DNA of 63,591 bases, the filler included, from Myxococcota bacterium (GTDB lineage Bacteria > Myxococcota_C > UBA6777), in assembly GCA_023150835.1 (NCBI GenBank). It is 3 parts of 3 records of this genome, joined end to end, with 100 filler letters (N's around TTAATTAATTAA, not from the genome) between each part and the next. Parts side by side here need not be neighbours in the genome. Positions count along the whole stretch, not along the records: positions 1 to 22,555 come from JAKLKB010000115.1; positions 22,656 to 51,898 come from JAKLKB010000117.1; 1 more part is not named here. The stretch is one strand, 5' to 3'. Positions within the stretch are counted from its first letter, which is position 1. The number at the start of each line of letters is the position of its first letter. The notes under the pieces are model-generated. The model did not search any database and was not told where the DNA came from. It saw only the letters and a list, made by a program, of their open reading frames with translations. Position numbers and translations under genes: made by a program. Positions 18,825 through 29,355 of the stretch are shown here, in pieces.

Positions 18825-21800
18825 ATGAAACGAAAAACCCTCCAATGGCTCTTGCTCCTGCCCTTTGTCGTGGGCGGGATCATCGCAAGCGTCGGCTGCG
18901 CCCAAGATCTCCCCGATATCGACCGCACACAACCACGCGCCCTCAAAAAATCCATCTTCCGACCCACCAACGAAGACGGCACACCTCGCGAATGGTACTT
19001 CCGACAAACCGTGATCGAAGTCCCCTACGGCACAGGCGCAAGCTTTGTTGGCGAAGAAAGCCAAACCGAAAAGATCGTCTGGAAGATTACCGAACGCTTT
19101 CTTTATGCTTATCGCTCAAGAGAATATGTCCTTAACACAGACAAACCCAGCCAACGCCCCGGCACCGAATACGAAGGCACGCCGATCGCCGCCTTTCGCA
19201 TCGAAAGCCACTTTGATATCCAACGCAGTTATAACCCCGCCACAGGCGAACAAAACAACGTCATCATCGAAAACACCATGGATCGGCCTTGGGATCAACG
19301 CGAACATTTTCGCGTGGACTTTGGACAAAACCTGATCGCAGATTTTGCTTTTGTCGCGTCCAACGTCTCCCAACAACCTGTGAGCTATTACATCCCCGAA
19401 AACGAAGTCAACAACAAAGACCGCGCCAAGATCGGCGAAGATTACGTTGATATCGTTCAAAAACTCACCATCCAACCCGAAGTTCACCCTGAATTGTCGG
19501 CCTATTATGGCCGACCGGTCCCGACTTGTTGGTTGTATTCCGAGATCACACGCGACTGCATGGGCCAAACCATCAAAGTACGCGCCTCTTTCAAGCGTGT
19601 CGCCCGCACCGATTACCAAGCCAAACCCTATGACGACAAACGTATGGCCAAATTCGGCTACTTCCGCCAAATCAGCTACACTTACGACCGTGGGCGCGGC
19701 ATCCTCGAAAACAACACCAACCGCACCATGAACCGCTGGCCGATCTGGCGCGATGAAGCACAATGCGCCAAGCCCAACACTCGCCTCTCTCATGCCGACT
19801 GTAAGGTCCGACAATTCGCCTACCACCTCAACGACCAATATCCCGCTGAACTCAAGGCCGAAGCCTCCGAAGTAATCCGCCAATGGAACCAATTCTTCCG
19901 TGAAGCCGTACAGATCCGCTCTGGCAAAGACCAAGGCGATATCTTTGTCCTCTGCCTCAACAACCCCATCCAAGAAGGCGACCCCGCCATCTGTGGAAAG
20001 CCCGGTGACAACCCCCAGATCGGCGATATCCGTTATAGTTTCCTCTACTGGGTCAACCGCCCACACCGCGCATCTCCCCTTGGCTACGGGCCTTCCACCG
20101 TCGATCCCCTCACAGGCGAAGTCGTCGCCGCAAACGCCTACATCTACGGCGGCGCACTCGATAGCTACACCGCTTACGCCACAGATATCGTTCGCTTGAT
20201 CAACGGCGACGCCAAAACCGAAGATATCGGCCTTGGAAAAGACCTTCAAAACTACCTCGCCAATCAACAAAAACTCGGTGTACACGGCCATATCCATTGG
20301 CATGGCGGAATGAAGCCTGCCCTCGACAAGCACTCCCAAAACATCCGTGAACGCATGGCCCTGCTCAAAGAGCAAGTCCGTACCGGCCAAGCCAGCTACG
20401 ATTGGGTCGCCGAAAAACTCAAACGCCTCGAAGATAGCCCCTCTTCCGCAGGGGTGATCGGTGGCGAGATCTTCCAAGCCTTCAATCTACAACTCTTTTC
20501 CCCAAGCGGTCAGATCACCCCCGAGATCCAAAAACTCTACGGACCCCAACGCATCGCCACCCGCCAATTCTTCGATTGGTCCCGTCAGCGCATGGAACGG
20601 CTCTCGACACGCAACGTCATGATGACCGACTTTGTCGACGACGGCGTCCTCGCACGAGCTCTCAAAATGAAAGGGGCCTTTGCTGTCAACGGGAAAATCG
20701 ATTACGAAAAAGTCTATGCACAACTTCGCAAAGAGATCTTCCTCGCCGTCACTCTCCACGAATTCGGCCACAACGTCGGCCTCCGCCACAACTTCTCTGC
20801 CTCCGCTGACGCCCTCAACTATCACGACAAATACTGGGAACTCCGCGCCAAAACCATCCCCGAAGGTGAAAACGCCCCCCTTCCTTTTTATCGCTACGCT
20901 GAAAAAGACGCCAAACTGCTCAACGACGCCATCCAAAAAGGTCTCCACGAATACCAATACAGCTCGATCATGGACTACGGTTCGGGCTTTGCGAGCGATC
21001 TACACGGCCTTGGACGCTATGATCGCGCCGCCATCCTCTACGGATACGCCGATGCTGTCGAAGTCTTCAAAAAAGGCACCACCCAACTCTCCCGCGCCGA
21101 TGCCCAAGCCCAACTCGCCCCCGATACTTGGCACTACACCCAACTCCCCCGTGTGATCGCTGGAAACAAACCCGTCAACGAACAGATCGATGCTCTCAAA
21201 CAACGCGAGATCGCAACTCTCGATGAACTCGCCAAAGACAACGCCTTGATCGAGATCCCTTATCGCTTTTGCAGCGACGAAGTCCACCAAGGACAATCCG
21301 ACTGCAATCGCTTTGACCAAGGGGCCGATCCTTACGAGCGCGTCCGTGATACCACCCAACGCTACTTTAGCTATTACATCTTCAACGCCTACAAACGCGG
21401 TCGCTTGACCTTTGGCGTCGATGTCGGCTCCTACATCAGCCGCATCTATGACCGCTACTTTATGCCCATCGCCTTTCAATACAAACACTTCGTCAACGAC
21501 GGTTTCATTGCACAACGCTTTGAAAAAGCCTGCAACGGCAACTGGTACCAAGACCCACGTTGCGGTGAATCCGGCTTTATCGCATCCATCGCTGCACTCA
21601 ACTTCTTCTCTCACGTCATGCAAACCCCCGACTCTGGATGTTACAAACGCACGCAAGTCGGCACGCGCAACGTCTTTACCCATCAATCCAACAACGCTTG
21701 TACAAGCAAAGGCCCTGAATTCCTCGACGTCCCCTTTGGTGTCGGACGCCCGATGCTCGGCGCTTATGACCGCGACACCTACGGCTACGAATTCTACTGG

Positions 21801-22532
21801 AAGCCCGTTAGCCTCGGTGCTTGGTGGGACAAATACCTCGCTGCGATGGCGCTTGGTGACCCCTACACCCGCTTTATCGGGGTTGATAGCACCGCCGATG
21901 CCCGAAGCTATCTGATCAACTTCACTGCTCTCTACGGAACCTACGTCAACAACATCCTCGGCGGCTTCCTCGCCGAACGCCCCGAAGCCTACGCACCGAT
22001 GCTCGGCGCGGATGGCAAGATATCCTTGCGTGAACCCATCCGACTCGGCGGCAGCAACGACTTGATCGATCCTGCCCCTGTCTACAACTTCACCACCCCC
22101 CTCGATCCCAACGAACAATACACCGCACGCCTTCTTGTCGGATTCATCGGCGCAGTCTACTTCTCCCGCGAAACCGACGACCAACGCTTCAACGAAGCCA
22201 TGAAGATCGCTGTACGCGGACGCGCCGAATCTCCCGACGTTCCCGAAGCCATCCGCCAAGATCCCAAACAGTACGTCGAGATCGTCGAACCCGGCAGCAA
22301 CCGCATCTACTACGCTGTCCGCGCTGAAAACCGTGGCCCCACCTTCTCTGATGCACCCAAGTTCTTCTCTGCCGGCTACGAGCTGCTCAAAAACCTCAAG
22401 GATCAGTACTACGAAAATGACGGCTCCACCCTCAAGCCCGGTGTCCGAAAAGAAACCGTCATGAACGAATTCCACTACATCAACGTCATCCTCGGCTGGC
22501 TCCACGCTGGCGAATACAACAACCCCCGCTAA
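18825..22532 (+). CDS. Large zinc-dependent metalloprotease lipoprotein (metzincin-like)
   Basis: GAGG RBS, lipobox SVGC, HEFGHNVGLRH zinc motif, SSIMDY Met-turn. Confidence 0.9.
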   Translation: MKRKTLQWLLLLPFVVGGIIASVGCAQDLPDIDRTQPRALKKSIFRPTNEDGTPREWYFRQTVIEVPYGTGASFVGEESQTEKIVWKITERFLYAYRSREYVLNTDKPSQRPGTEYEGTPIAAFRIESHFDIQRSYNPATGEQNNVIIENTMDRPWDQREHFRVDFGQNLIADFAFVASNVSQQPVSYYIPENEVNNKDRAKIGEDYVDIVQKLTIQPEVHPELSAYYGRPVPTCWLYSEITRDCMGQTIKVRASFKRVARTDYQAKPYDDKRMAKFGYFRQISYTYDRGRGILENNTNRTMNRWPIWRDEAQCAKPNTRLSHADCKVRQFAYHLNDQYPAELKAEASEVIRQWNQFFREAVQIRSGKDQGDIFVLCLNNPIQEGDPAICGKPGDNPQIGDIRYSFLYWVNRPHRASPLGYGPSTVDPLTGEVVAANAYIYGGALDSYTAYATDIVRLINGDAKTEDIGLGKDLQNYLANQQKLGVHGHIHWHGGMKPALDKHSQNIRERMALLKEQVRTGQASYDWVAEKLKRLEDSPSSAGVIGGEIFQAFNLQLFSPSGQITPEIQKLYGPQRIATRQFFDWSRQRMERLSTRNVMMTDFVDDGVLARALKMKGAFAVNGKIDYEKVYAQLRKEIFLAVTLHEFGHNVGLRHNFSASADALNYHDKYWELRAKTIPEGENAPLPFYRYAEKDAKLLNDAIQKGLHEYQYSSIMDYGSGFASDLHGLGRYDRAAILYGYADAVEVFKKGTTQLSRADAQAQLAPDTWHYTQLPRVIAGNKPVNEQIDALKQREIATLDELAKDNALIEIPYRFCSDEVHQGQSDCNRFDQGADPYERVRDTTQRYFSYYIFNAYKRGRLTFGVDVGSYISRIYDRYFMPIAFQYKHFVNDGFIAQRFEKACNGNWYQDPRCGESGFIASIAALNFFSHVMQTPDSGCYKRTQVGTRNVFTHQSNNACTSKGPEFLDVPFGVGRPMLGAYDRDTYGYEFYWKPVSLGAWWDKYLAAMALGDPYTRFIGVDSTADARSYLINFTALYGTYVNNILGGFLAERPEAYAPMLGADGKISLREPIRLGGSNDLIDPAPVYNFTTPLDPNEQYTARLLVGFIGAVYFSRETDDQRFNEAMKIAVRGRAESPDVPEAIRQDPKQYVEIVEPGSNRIYYAVRAENRGPTFSDAPKFFSAGYELLKNLKDQYYENDGSTLKPGVRKETVMNEFHYINVILGWLHAGEYNNPR

Positions 22533-22555
22533 CAACCCCCCCCCTCATCATACGA

Positions 22556-22655
22556 NNNNNNNNNNNNNNNNNNNNNNNNNNNNNNNNNNNNNNNNNNNNT
22601 TAATTAATTAANNNNNNNNNNNNNNNNNNNNNNNNNNNNNNNNNNNNNNNNNNNN
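22556..22655. other. Artificial contig-joining linker
   Basis: 44 N + TTAATTAATTAA + 44 N. Confidence 0.97.
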
Positions 22656-22859
22656 GCCCTCCCCCGTGAACAGGGGAGGGAGCGAAAGTCGGAAGCCTCG
22701 GGGATTTTGTTTTTTCATGACGCACGCTGTATGCACGAAATGCAGACGCTGCCCGTTCCAACTTCCCCCCGTTCACGGGGGGATTGAGGGGGGGGAGAAA
22801 AAAAGAAAAGGCGATCAAGACCGACTCTACGAGGTTTTCACCTTAACCTAACGCCTATG
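22656..22859 (+). mobile_element. Family A MITE, 5' part lost at contig end
   Basis: Shared internal sequence; ends CTTAACCTAACGCCTATG followed by GGGCGCTGCCC. Confidence 0.88.
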
Positions 22860-22941
22860 GGGCGCTGCCCCATACCCCGCCCCCTTAGCGCGGCTCCCTT
22901 GACCCCGTATGGACGGGACGAACAGACGTTTTTCAAACCAA

Positions 22942-25614
22942 TTAGGGAGAAAGCTGCACAACAGTCACACCATTTCCGCCTTCTTCGCCATCTCCCGGGC
23001 GAAAAGAGATCACATAAGACGAGGTGCGACAAAAGTCGCGGATGGCTTCACGCAAGGCCCCTGTGCCGTGTCCGTGGATCAAATACGCCGCGCCCATCTC
23101 TTCTTTGTAGGCTTTGTCTAAAAAGTTTTCTGCGAGATCAAGGGCTTCATCCACCCGCATACCGCGCAGGTCGCAGGTATTCGAGGAGGTTTGAACCGCA
23201 ACAAAACGGCTGGACTCTTCGCCTTCGACGACTGGTTCAACCGAGGTGCTCGGTCTGCGAGTCCTTCGTTGGGGCGTTTTGGTGGCTTGTTGAACTTTGA
23301 GAGCGGCTTGGGGGGGACGCACCGCGTTGGCCGCCACACGCATCCGCAGCGTGCCGATCTGGACCACCACTTCGCCTTGCGCGTTGGGGGCTTCGATGAT
23401 CTCGGCTTGGGCTTTCATGTTGGGAAGAAAGATCTTGGTTCCGGGTTTAAGCAGATGCGCAGGGAGGGGTTCGGGGGCGGTGGGACGGGACTTTTGAATG
23501 GCCTTTCTGGCGCGTTCTTCGGCTTCTTTGATCAGCTTTTCGGAGCGTTGGATCTCTTCCCACGATCCCTGCTTTTTTTGCAGGTGGTGGATCATCTCAC
23601 GCAAGCTATCACGGGCCTCGCGAAGCTCTTTTCGTACAGCGTCCTCTTCGCCTGCCAACACACGCTCTCGCGTTCGATCCAGCTTTTCTTGTTTTTGCTG
23701 GACTTCTAGCAACTCGCGCTCAAGCTTTTTGCGCGCACGTTCGGCCCGATCGCGCTCCTCATAAAGCTCGGCGTACTGCTGTTCCAGTCGCGCCACCAAC
23801 GTCTCAAAGCGATCCGTCGATGCCGACAACATCGACTCCGCACGACGACAAACCGCTTCATTCAGTCCCAAGCGACGAGCGATATCCAACGCACTCGATG
23901 TCCCGGGCGTTCCTAGATACAACCGATACGTCGGCGACAACGTTTGCAGATCAAAACCCACACTCGCATTTTCAAAACCAGAATCCTCGTAAGGAAGGGC
24001 TTTGAGATACTCGTAATGCGTTGTCACAGCCACGAAGGCTTGTGTTGTTTGCAACGTATGCAAGATCGAAGCAGCCAACACAGACCCTTGTTGGGGATCG
24101 GTGCCTACGATGATCTCGTCGATCAGTACGAGGGTTGCGCGATCGGCGCGATCCAAGATCTGACGGATCTTGACGATCTGTGCCGAAAACGTCGATAGAT
24201 CCTGTTCGATACTTTGTTGGTCTCCGATATCTGTAAAGATCTCCCGAAACAACGGGACTTGGCTTCCTTCTCGCGCAGGGATCGGCAACGCTGCACGCGC
24301 CATCAATGCACACAGGCCCATCGTCTTGAGATTCACGGTCTTTCCGCCTGTGTTCGGACCGCTGATGATCAGCACCCGCGCTTGCTCGCCAAGCATGATA
24401 TCGTTGGCGACCACCTGAACCCCTTTCAGAACCAACAACGGATGACGCGCTTGTTTGAGAACAAACACGCCTCCTTCTTCGGCAGGCGCAAGCGACGGAA
24501 CCGACGCATCCAGCCGCTCCGCAAAACGGATCTTGGCCTGTACCACATCGATATCGCGCAGGATCTCCAGATTCGACAGGAACGTTTGAAGCTCCGTTGC
24601 GACTTGCGCGCTTAACTGCATCAAGATGCGCAGTTCTTCTTGGGCCACGTCGTTTTCGGCCATGCGTAGGGCGTTATTGAGTTCGACAAGCGGCTGCGGC
24701 TCGATGTAGATGGTTGCCCCACTCCCCGACGATCCATACACGATCCCCGGAAACCGCCCACGTTCGGAGGCTTTGACGGGTAACACATAGCGATCTTCGC
24801 GCAGCGTATAATAGGTGTCGGTCAAGTATTTGCTTTGAGCAGAAGTAAGGTAGTCTTGAAGCTTTCGGCGCAGCCGCTCGTGACAAGCCCGAACTTCGGC
24901 ACGCAACGCCCCCAATTCCCACGAAGCGTCTTCGCGCAATTGGCCGTGTTCATCGATCGCACGCTCGATCTCACGGCGCAAACGTGCAAGCGGCGACAGC
25001 AACTCCCCCCGCTCCCACAAAGCCGCTGCTTCGTCCTTGTACGTTTCCAAAAAATTGCGGACTTCACTGGCAACTTGCAGCGCACGAGCGATCTCCAAAA
25101 GGTCGGCCCCTTCGAGATGTCCGCCTTTGTCGAGACGCAATAGCGCAGCACTCATCTCAGGGATGTTTCCCATCGGGATCTCTTCGCCGTATTCGTGCAA
25201 CAAAAACAAACCTTCTTCGATCTGCTTGTACTCGCGTTGAATCGCGGCTCGCGTCGAAAAAAAGGGCAACCGCTCCGCAAGCAATTGCCCCCATGACGTG
25301 CGACACAGCGACGCCAAAAATCGCGTAATCTTCGACCACTCCAACGCTTCGAGCGCTTCTTGATCAAAGGAAAAAGCGGAAGCTTCCATCCGAAAAAAAG
25401 CAGGATGGGGACTTGCTTTGGTGGCTTCGGCGCTCGGGTCTGTTTCAGGTGAAGCGATGATAAAATGCGCAGGTTCCGTATCCAGAGAGGGCGCATCTGT
25501 CCCAACGCCCCCTTGTTCGGCGGTTTTTGTAGCTTCGGCTTGGCGAACCGAGGCGTCCGCTTTTTTTACAAGGTTTTTGTTTTTTGTGGGGTTGGATTCA
25601 GCGGAGGGTCGCAT
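22942..25614 (-). CDS. mutS2: MutS2 ATPase with Smr domain
   Basis: ARHPLL, ISGPNTGGKT, DIGDQQSIEQDLSTFS, GTDP, TTHY; Smr DLRGMRVDEA...HGHGTGALR. Confidence 0.95.
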   Translation of the reverse strand: MRPSAESNPTKNKNLVKKADASVRQAEATKTAEQGGVGTDAPSLDTEPAHFIIASPETDPSAEATKASPHPAFFRMEASAFSFDQEALEALEWSKITRFLASLCRTSWGQLLAERLPFFSTRAAIQREYKQIEEGLFLLHEYGEEIPMGNIPEMSAALLRLDKGGHLEGADLLEIARALQVASEVRNFLETYKDEAAALWERGELLSPLARLRREIERAIDEHGQLREDASWELGALRAEVRACHERLRRKLQDYLTSAQSKYLTDTYYTLREDRYVLPVKASERGRFPGIVYGSSGSGATIYIEPQPLVELNNALRMAENDVAQEELRILMQLSAQVATELQTFLSNLEILRDIDVVQAKIRFAERLDASVPSLAPAEEGGVFVLKQARHPLLVLKGVQVVANDIMLGEQARVLIISGPNTGGKTVNLKTMGLCALMARAALPIPAREGSQVPLFREIFTDIGDQQSIEQDLSTFSAQIVKIRQILDRADRATLVLIDEIIVGTDPQQGSVLAASILHTLQTTQAFVAVTTHYEYLKALPYEDSGFENASVGFDLQTLSPTYRLYLGTPGTSSALDIARRLGLNEAVCRRAESMLSASTDRFETLVARLEQQYAELYEERDRAERARKKLERELLEVQQKQEKLDRTRERVLAGEEDAVRKELREARDSLREMIHHLQKKQGSWEEIQRSEKLIKEAEERARKAIQKSRPTAPEPLPAHLLKPGTKIFLPNMKAQAEIIEAPNAQGEVVVQIGTLRMRVAANAVRPPQAALKVQQATKTPQRRTRRPSTSVEPVVEGEESSRFVAVQTSSNTCDLRGMRVDEALDLAENFLDKAYKEEMGAAYLIHGHGTGALREAIRDFCRTSSYVISFRPGDGEEGGNGVTVVQLSP

Positions 25615-25784
25615 CGTTTTATCCTGTATGTTTTCTCGTTCGATATGGGCCAAACCCACTCCCCCCAAGGATTCGCTTCTGTGAGAGTCGAGAAGGGGTA
25701 GTAGGCAGAGATGGATCATCCCATATCGCCCATGTATGGAGGGGTTCGTTGTGATACCTGTTGGGTGAGGGAGAGCATGGAAGG

Positions 25785-26120
25785 CTAGTTGGGGAGTGTA
25801 TCTTGGCAAGTCTCAAATCGACCGTCCCGTCCGCCCGGGATGTGCGTTTCGGGGTCGCTACAATCGATCTCGTTGATCGAAGCGCGCTCACAGATCTGGA
25901 TCTGGCAGGCTGAAAAAGGCTGCACGATGTACTCATCTAATTTGGAACCCTCAGGGGAAGTTCCGCCGCCAAAGTTGATCTGACACTTTCGTTTGAGTTC
26001 TTGAAAATACGCGATACATGGGCCGGTTGCGCATCCGCTCTCCCATGACACCATCAACCCCAACCCAACCAAGATCACACATCGCACAAACAAAGTTCTC
26101 ACCATCAAGCCACGCAACAT
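25785..26120 (-). CDS. Small hypothetical lipoprotein
   Basis: Hydrophobic leader ending SGC; several additional Cys. Confidence 0.6.
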   Translation of the reverse strand: MLRGLMVRTLFVRCVILVGLGLMVSWESGCATGPCIAYFQELKRKCQINFGGGTSPEGSKLDEYIVQPFSACQIQICERASINEIDCSDPETHIPGGRDGRFETCQDTLPN

Positions 26121-26450
26121 TCGCCTTGTCTTTCTCGCGTTCTTTCTTGTGGAATCGCGTGATCGAACCCTTGTCGATCACGATGTCGCCCCACAACGCG
26201 CCTTGTGTGCCATGCGGATAACACAGACGCAACTCCACTGTCAACGGTTCTACTTGACAACCCACTACTCGCTAAATCACCAAAACTGCAAAGTAAATTA
26301 GCCCGCCATCTCCCTTCTCTCCCCTCCAAAAACGCACTCCTGATGTCTCCGCCCCAAAAAACTTTTTCCCTCCCTGTAAGCCCTGCCCCCTCTGCTGCGT
26401 TTGTCGCACAACGGAAGCCCAACCGACCCTGAAATCCTTGGAGGCCCAAG

Positions 26451-27989
26451 ATGTCTCTTTGCTCTCGTGTTTGTCTGTTGTTTCGCGCTGCTTGGCTTGT
26501 CTCGCTTGGCACGCTGTGTTGGCTCAACGCACGGACAGCCCCCGCACAAGCTGCCCCCCCTCCCCAATATGCCCCCGCTCCGCCCGATCCGAGCGGCTAT
26601 CACCTCCCCACTTTTTCTTGCCAAGGCATCGGCTGTGAGGCCATGTCCGAACCTCAGATCCGCCAACATTATCAGCAACGTGTTTACACCTTCCAACAAC
26701 GCCAACAGGGCCGCTACGTCGCCCACAGCGTCGTGCGTTATGCCCCGCCCCCTTACGCTCCCAACATCCCCTACGGTGGGCTGTACGCAACGCAACTCCA
26801 ACACCACCGCAACCGTATGCTCTACCATCGCGGGCAGTTTCTTTACAAACAGCGGATGCTCCGCCACGATGAACCCCAAAGCCCCCCACCTTACTACGTC
26901 TATCAACAAAACCTGCGGATGCTCTCGTACCATCGCCAACGGATGCAGTACCACTATCAGATGATCCAGCACTACCTCCGCCTTCGGATGCAGCACGCCT
27001 ATCAACAGCAACAGTACCACTATCGCCGTTATCATCACCGCCGCTATCACCGCCCTTATCACCGTCCCCCGATCTACCGCAAAGAGCCTCGCTTTGCTTT
27101 TCGCTTCGATCTCGGAACCGCAGGCACATGGTATGACCCTCAAAACCAACACCTTGCGATGGATATCAGCGCACTAACGGTCAGTTTTGCTGGACGCACC
27201 CCCAACGGAAACACCTTTGGTAGCGGCTTCAAACTGCTTCAAATGGACAACGAAGGCTGGAAAACCCACTGGACCCGCCCATACGATTGGTTGGAAAAGA
27301 ATGAGTGGGGCCATTTCTACTTTTTCGGAAAAAACAAGTACTTTGGGATGCAAGCAGGATTTGTGACGTACCGCGATGTTCGCTGGTCGCTCAATGATCT
27401 CAACGAAGCGCTGGTCGCCCAAAACCTCCCCAAAACCACACTCACCCCCGAAGCACTCCAGATCCTTCTGCCTTCTCTCAAGATCGGCTTCCAAGTCCCA
27501 GATGATGCGGTCGCTCCTGTAGGTTTCAGCCTTTCCGTCGGCGGACAGATGCTTCAATGGGACTTCCAAAGTTTCCGCGCCTACGCCGAAGCCCAGCTTT
27601 CCTTTGCACGCGTGTTGCGCTTTGTGGCTCGCGGCCAGTACCAACAAGAACAAAGCCTGTTGCAGCCCGAAAAGAAGAAAAATAGCTGTGGCTGCGTATC
27701 TTCGGCCCTTTGGGAAGGTCGCTTCTGGGAAGGTCAACTCAAAGGACAGATCGATCTCTTTAGCCTCTTTGGGCGCAAAGAAGGCCGCGCCAGCTTTTGG
27801 AGCACACGCAACGATGCGATCTGGGGGCCGATCTTCCTCGACTTTGGTGTGCGCATCCGTCAAGTCGATCAACACCGCATCATCAACCCCCAAGAAAAGC
27901 TGCTCTTCCAAGAAGGCGCAGGCGTCCGTTGGGGATTCTTCGTCGGCTTGCGCGTCGGCGCGGACAATACACCTCTCTTCATGCAATAA
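26451..27989 (+). CDS. Secreted protein with Tyr/His/Gln/Arg-rich region and probable beta-barrel C-terminus
   Basis: GGAGG RBS, signal peptide, low-complexity block, amphipathic strands. Confidence 0.75.
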   Translation: MSLCSRVCLLFRAAWLVSLGTLCWLNARTAPAQAAPPPQYAPAPPDPSGYHLPTFSCQGIGCEAMSEPQIRQHYQQRVYTFQQRQQGRYVAHSVVRYAPPPYAPNIPYGGLYATQLQHHRNRMLYHRGQFLYKQRMLRHDEPQSPPPYYVYQQNLRMLSYHRQRMQYHYQMIQHYLRLRMQHAYQQQQYHYRRYHHRRYHRPYHRPPIYRKEPRFAFRFDLGTAGTWYDPQNQHLAMDISALTVSFAGRTPNGNTFGSGFKLLQMDNEGWKTHWTRPYDWLEKNEWGHFYFFGKNKYFGMQAGFVTYRDVRWSLNDLNEALVAQNLPKTTLTPEALQILLPSLKIGFQVPDDAVAPVGFSLSVGGQMLQWDFQSFRAYAEAQLSFARVLRFVARGQYQQEQSLLQPEKKKNSCGCVSSALWEGRFWEGQLKGQIDLFSLFGRKEGRASFWSTRNDAIWGPIFLDFGVRIRQVDQHRIINPQEKLLFQEGAGVRWGFFVGLRVGADNTPLFMQ

Positions 27990-28050
27990 CTCACCGACTT
28001 CTCTCAACATAGGACTCGCACAGTTCAGTCGTTGTTGTGGGGCTTTTCCC

Positions 28051-28241
28051 CATAGGCGTTAGGTGAAGCGGAGGAAAGCCCCCCACCCCGCCCTCCCCCG
28101 TGAACAGGGGAGGGAGCGAAAGTCGGAAGCATCGGGGATTTTGTTTTTTCATGACGCACGCTGTATGCACGAAATGCAGACGCTGCCAAAAGGCGATCAA
28201 GACCGACTCTACGAGGTTTCCACCTTAACAAGGCGCGTATG
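28051..28241 (+). mobile_element. Family A MITE (internally deleted), 11-bp TSD GGGCTTTTCCC
   Basis: CATAGGCGTTAGGT...AACAAGGCGCGTATG; TSD at 28040-28050 and 28242-28252. Confidence 0.92.
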
Positions 28242-28398
28242 GGGCTTTTCCCCACACCCCACAAGGAGTGACAGCCCCCTTGACCCCGTATTTGGCGAAG
28301 AGATCACTGTTTTTCAAACCAACGACGCTCTCGCTTGAACTTACGCAAATACGGGGATTTTTCGAAAAAACGCCCCGATCACCCACCCATCGGCCCGA

Positions 28399-29100
28399 TC
28401 ATATGCTCCCTTTTAAGTATGCTTGACGCTGCGGTTCTTCGAGCTTTTCGATGGCATAACGCAGCATCGTTCGCGGCATCTTTTTGTAGCGCGTCCCCAA
28501 AAAGCCCTCCATCACGGCAAGATCGCGTTTTCCGATCTCGCGCAACATCCACCCTACCGCCTTGTGGATCAAGTCGTGCTTGTCCTCCAACAACACCTCC
28601 GCGATCGCCAGCGCCGTCGCAAACTCTCCCCCACGAATCAACGCAAAACATGCCAACATCGCGATCCGCCGCTCCCACAACGAAGCCGATCGCGCCCACT
28701 CAAACAGCGGCCCATGATCCCGATTTCGCAAATATGCCCCCACAATATGCGGCGCACTCAGATCGATCAGATCCCAATTGTTGATCCGCGCTGTCGAGTC
28801 GATATAACGACCGTATATCCGCTGCTTTGTCTCTTCGTCTCCACGTTCAAAACGATCCACCCACATCAACACACCCAACATCCGATCTTCGTGATACGCC
28901 GATGCCAACAACCACTCGATCTGATCTTCTGGCAAAGCCCGATAAGCCCGCACTATCCGACGAATCACAGGCATCTTGATCCCACGAAACTGATCACCCT
29001 CCCCATACTCTCCCGCTCCTGTCTTGAAAAAACGCCCCAAGATCGCGGCATCCGTCGCTTTGCTCGCACCCTTCAATTCGTCTTGCAACTTTTCCCACAT
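28399..29100 (-). CDS. DNA alkylation repair protein (AlkD-like)
   Basis: FFKTGAGEYGEGD, NNWDLID, WERR, LIHKAVGWMLREIGK, MPRTMLRYAIEK. Confidence 0.92.
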   Translation of the reverse strand: MWEKLQDELKGASKATDAAILGRFFKTGAGEYGEGDQFRGIKMPVIRRIVRAYRALPEDQIEWLLASAYHEDRMLGVLMWVDRFERGDEETKQRIYGRYIDSTARINNWDLIDLSAPHIVGAYLRNRDHGPLFEWARSASLWERRIAMLACFALIRGGEFATALAIAEVLLEDKHDLIHKAVGWMLREIGKRDLAVMEGFLGTRYKKMPRTMLRYAIEKLEEPQRQAYLKGSI

Positions 29101-29355
29101 CCTGCCCTCGCCTTGTCTTCTTAACCAAACAACTCCATTCACCTAAACATCGGCCCCATCTGTCACACTTTTCCCACGCCAAACCTTCCGTTCGTTAATG
29201 CGCTTCGATTTTTTAAGAAACTCTGCGTAATACCAGACGATACTCCATGATGAAGATCTGCCAAAGCTGTTTTGTGGCTGTTTCATAACAAGCCGCCAAA
29301 CAACCCAAGCACAACCTCTACAAAACATCTTGCCACCCAAATGTAAGGAGATGCC

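Noticed and set aside
22556-22655. TTAATTAATTAA palindrome as a biological site
   Set aside because: Identical N-padded 100-bp linker recurs at 51899; it is a contig-joining artefact.
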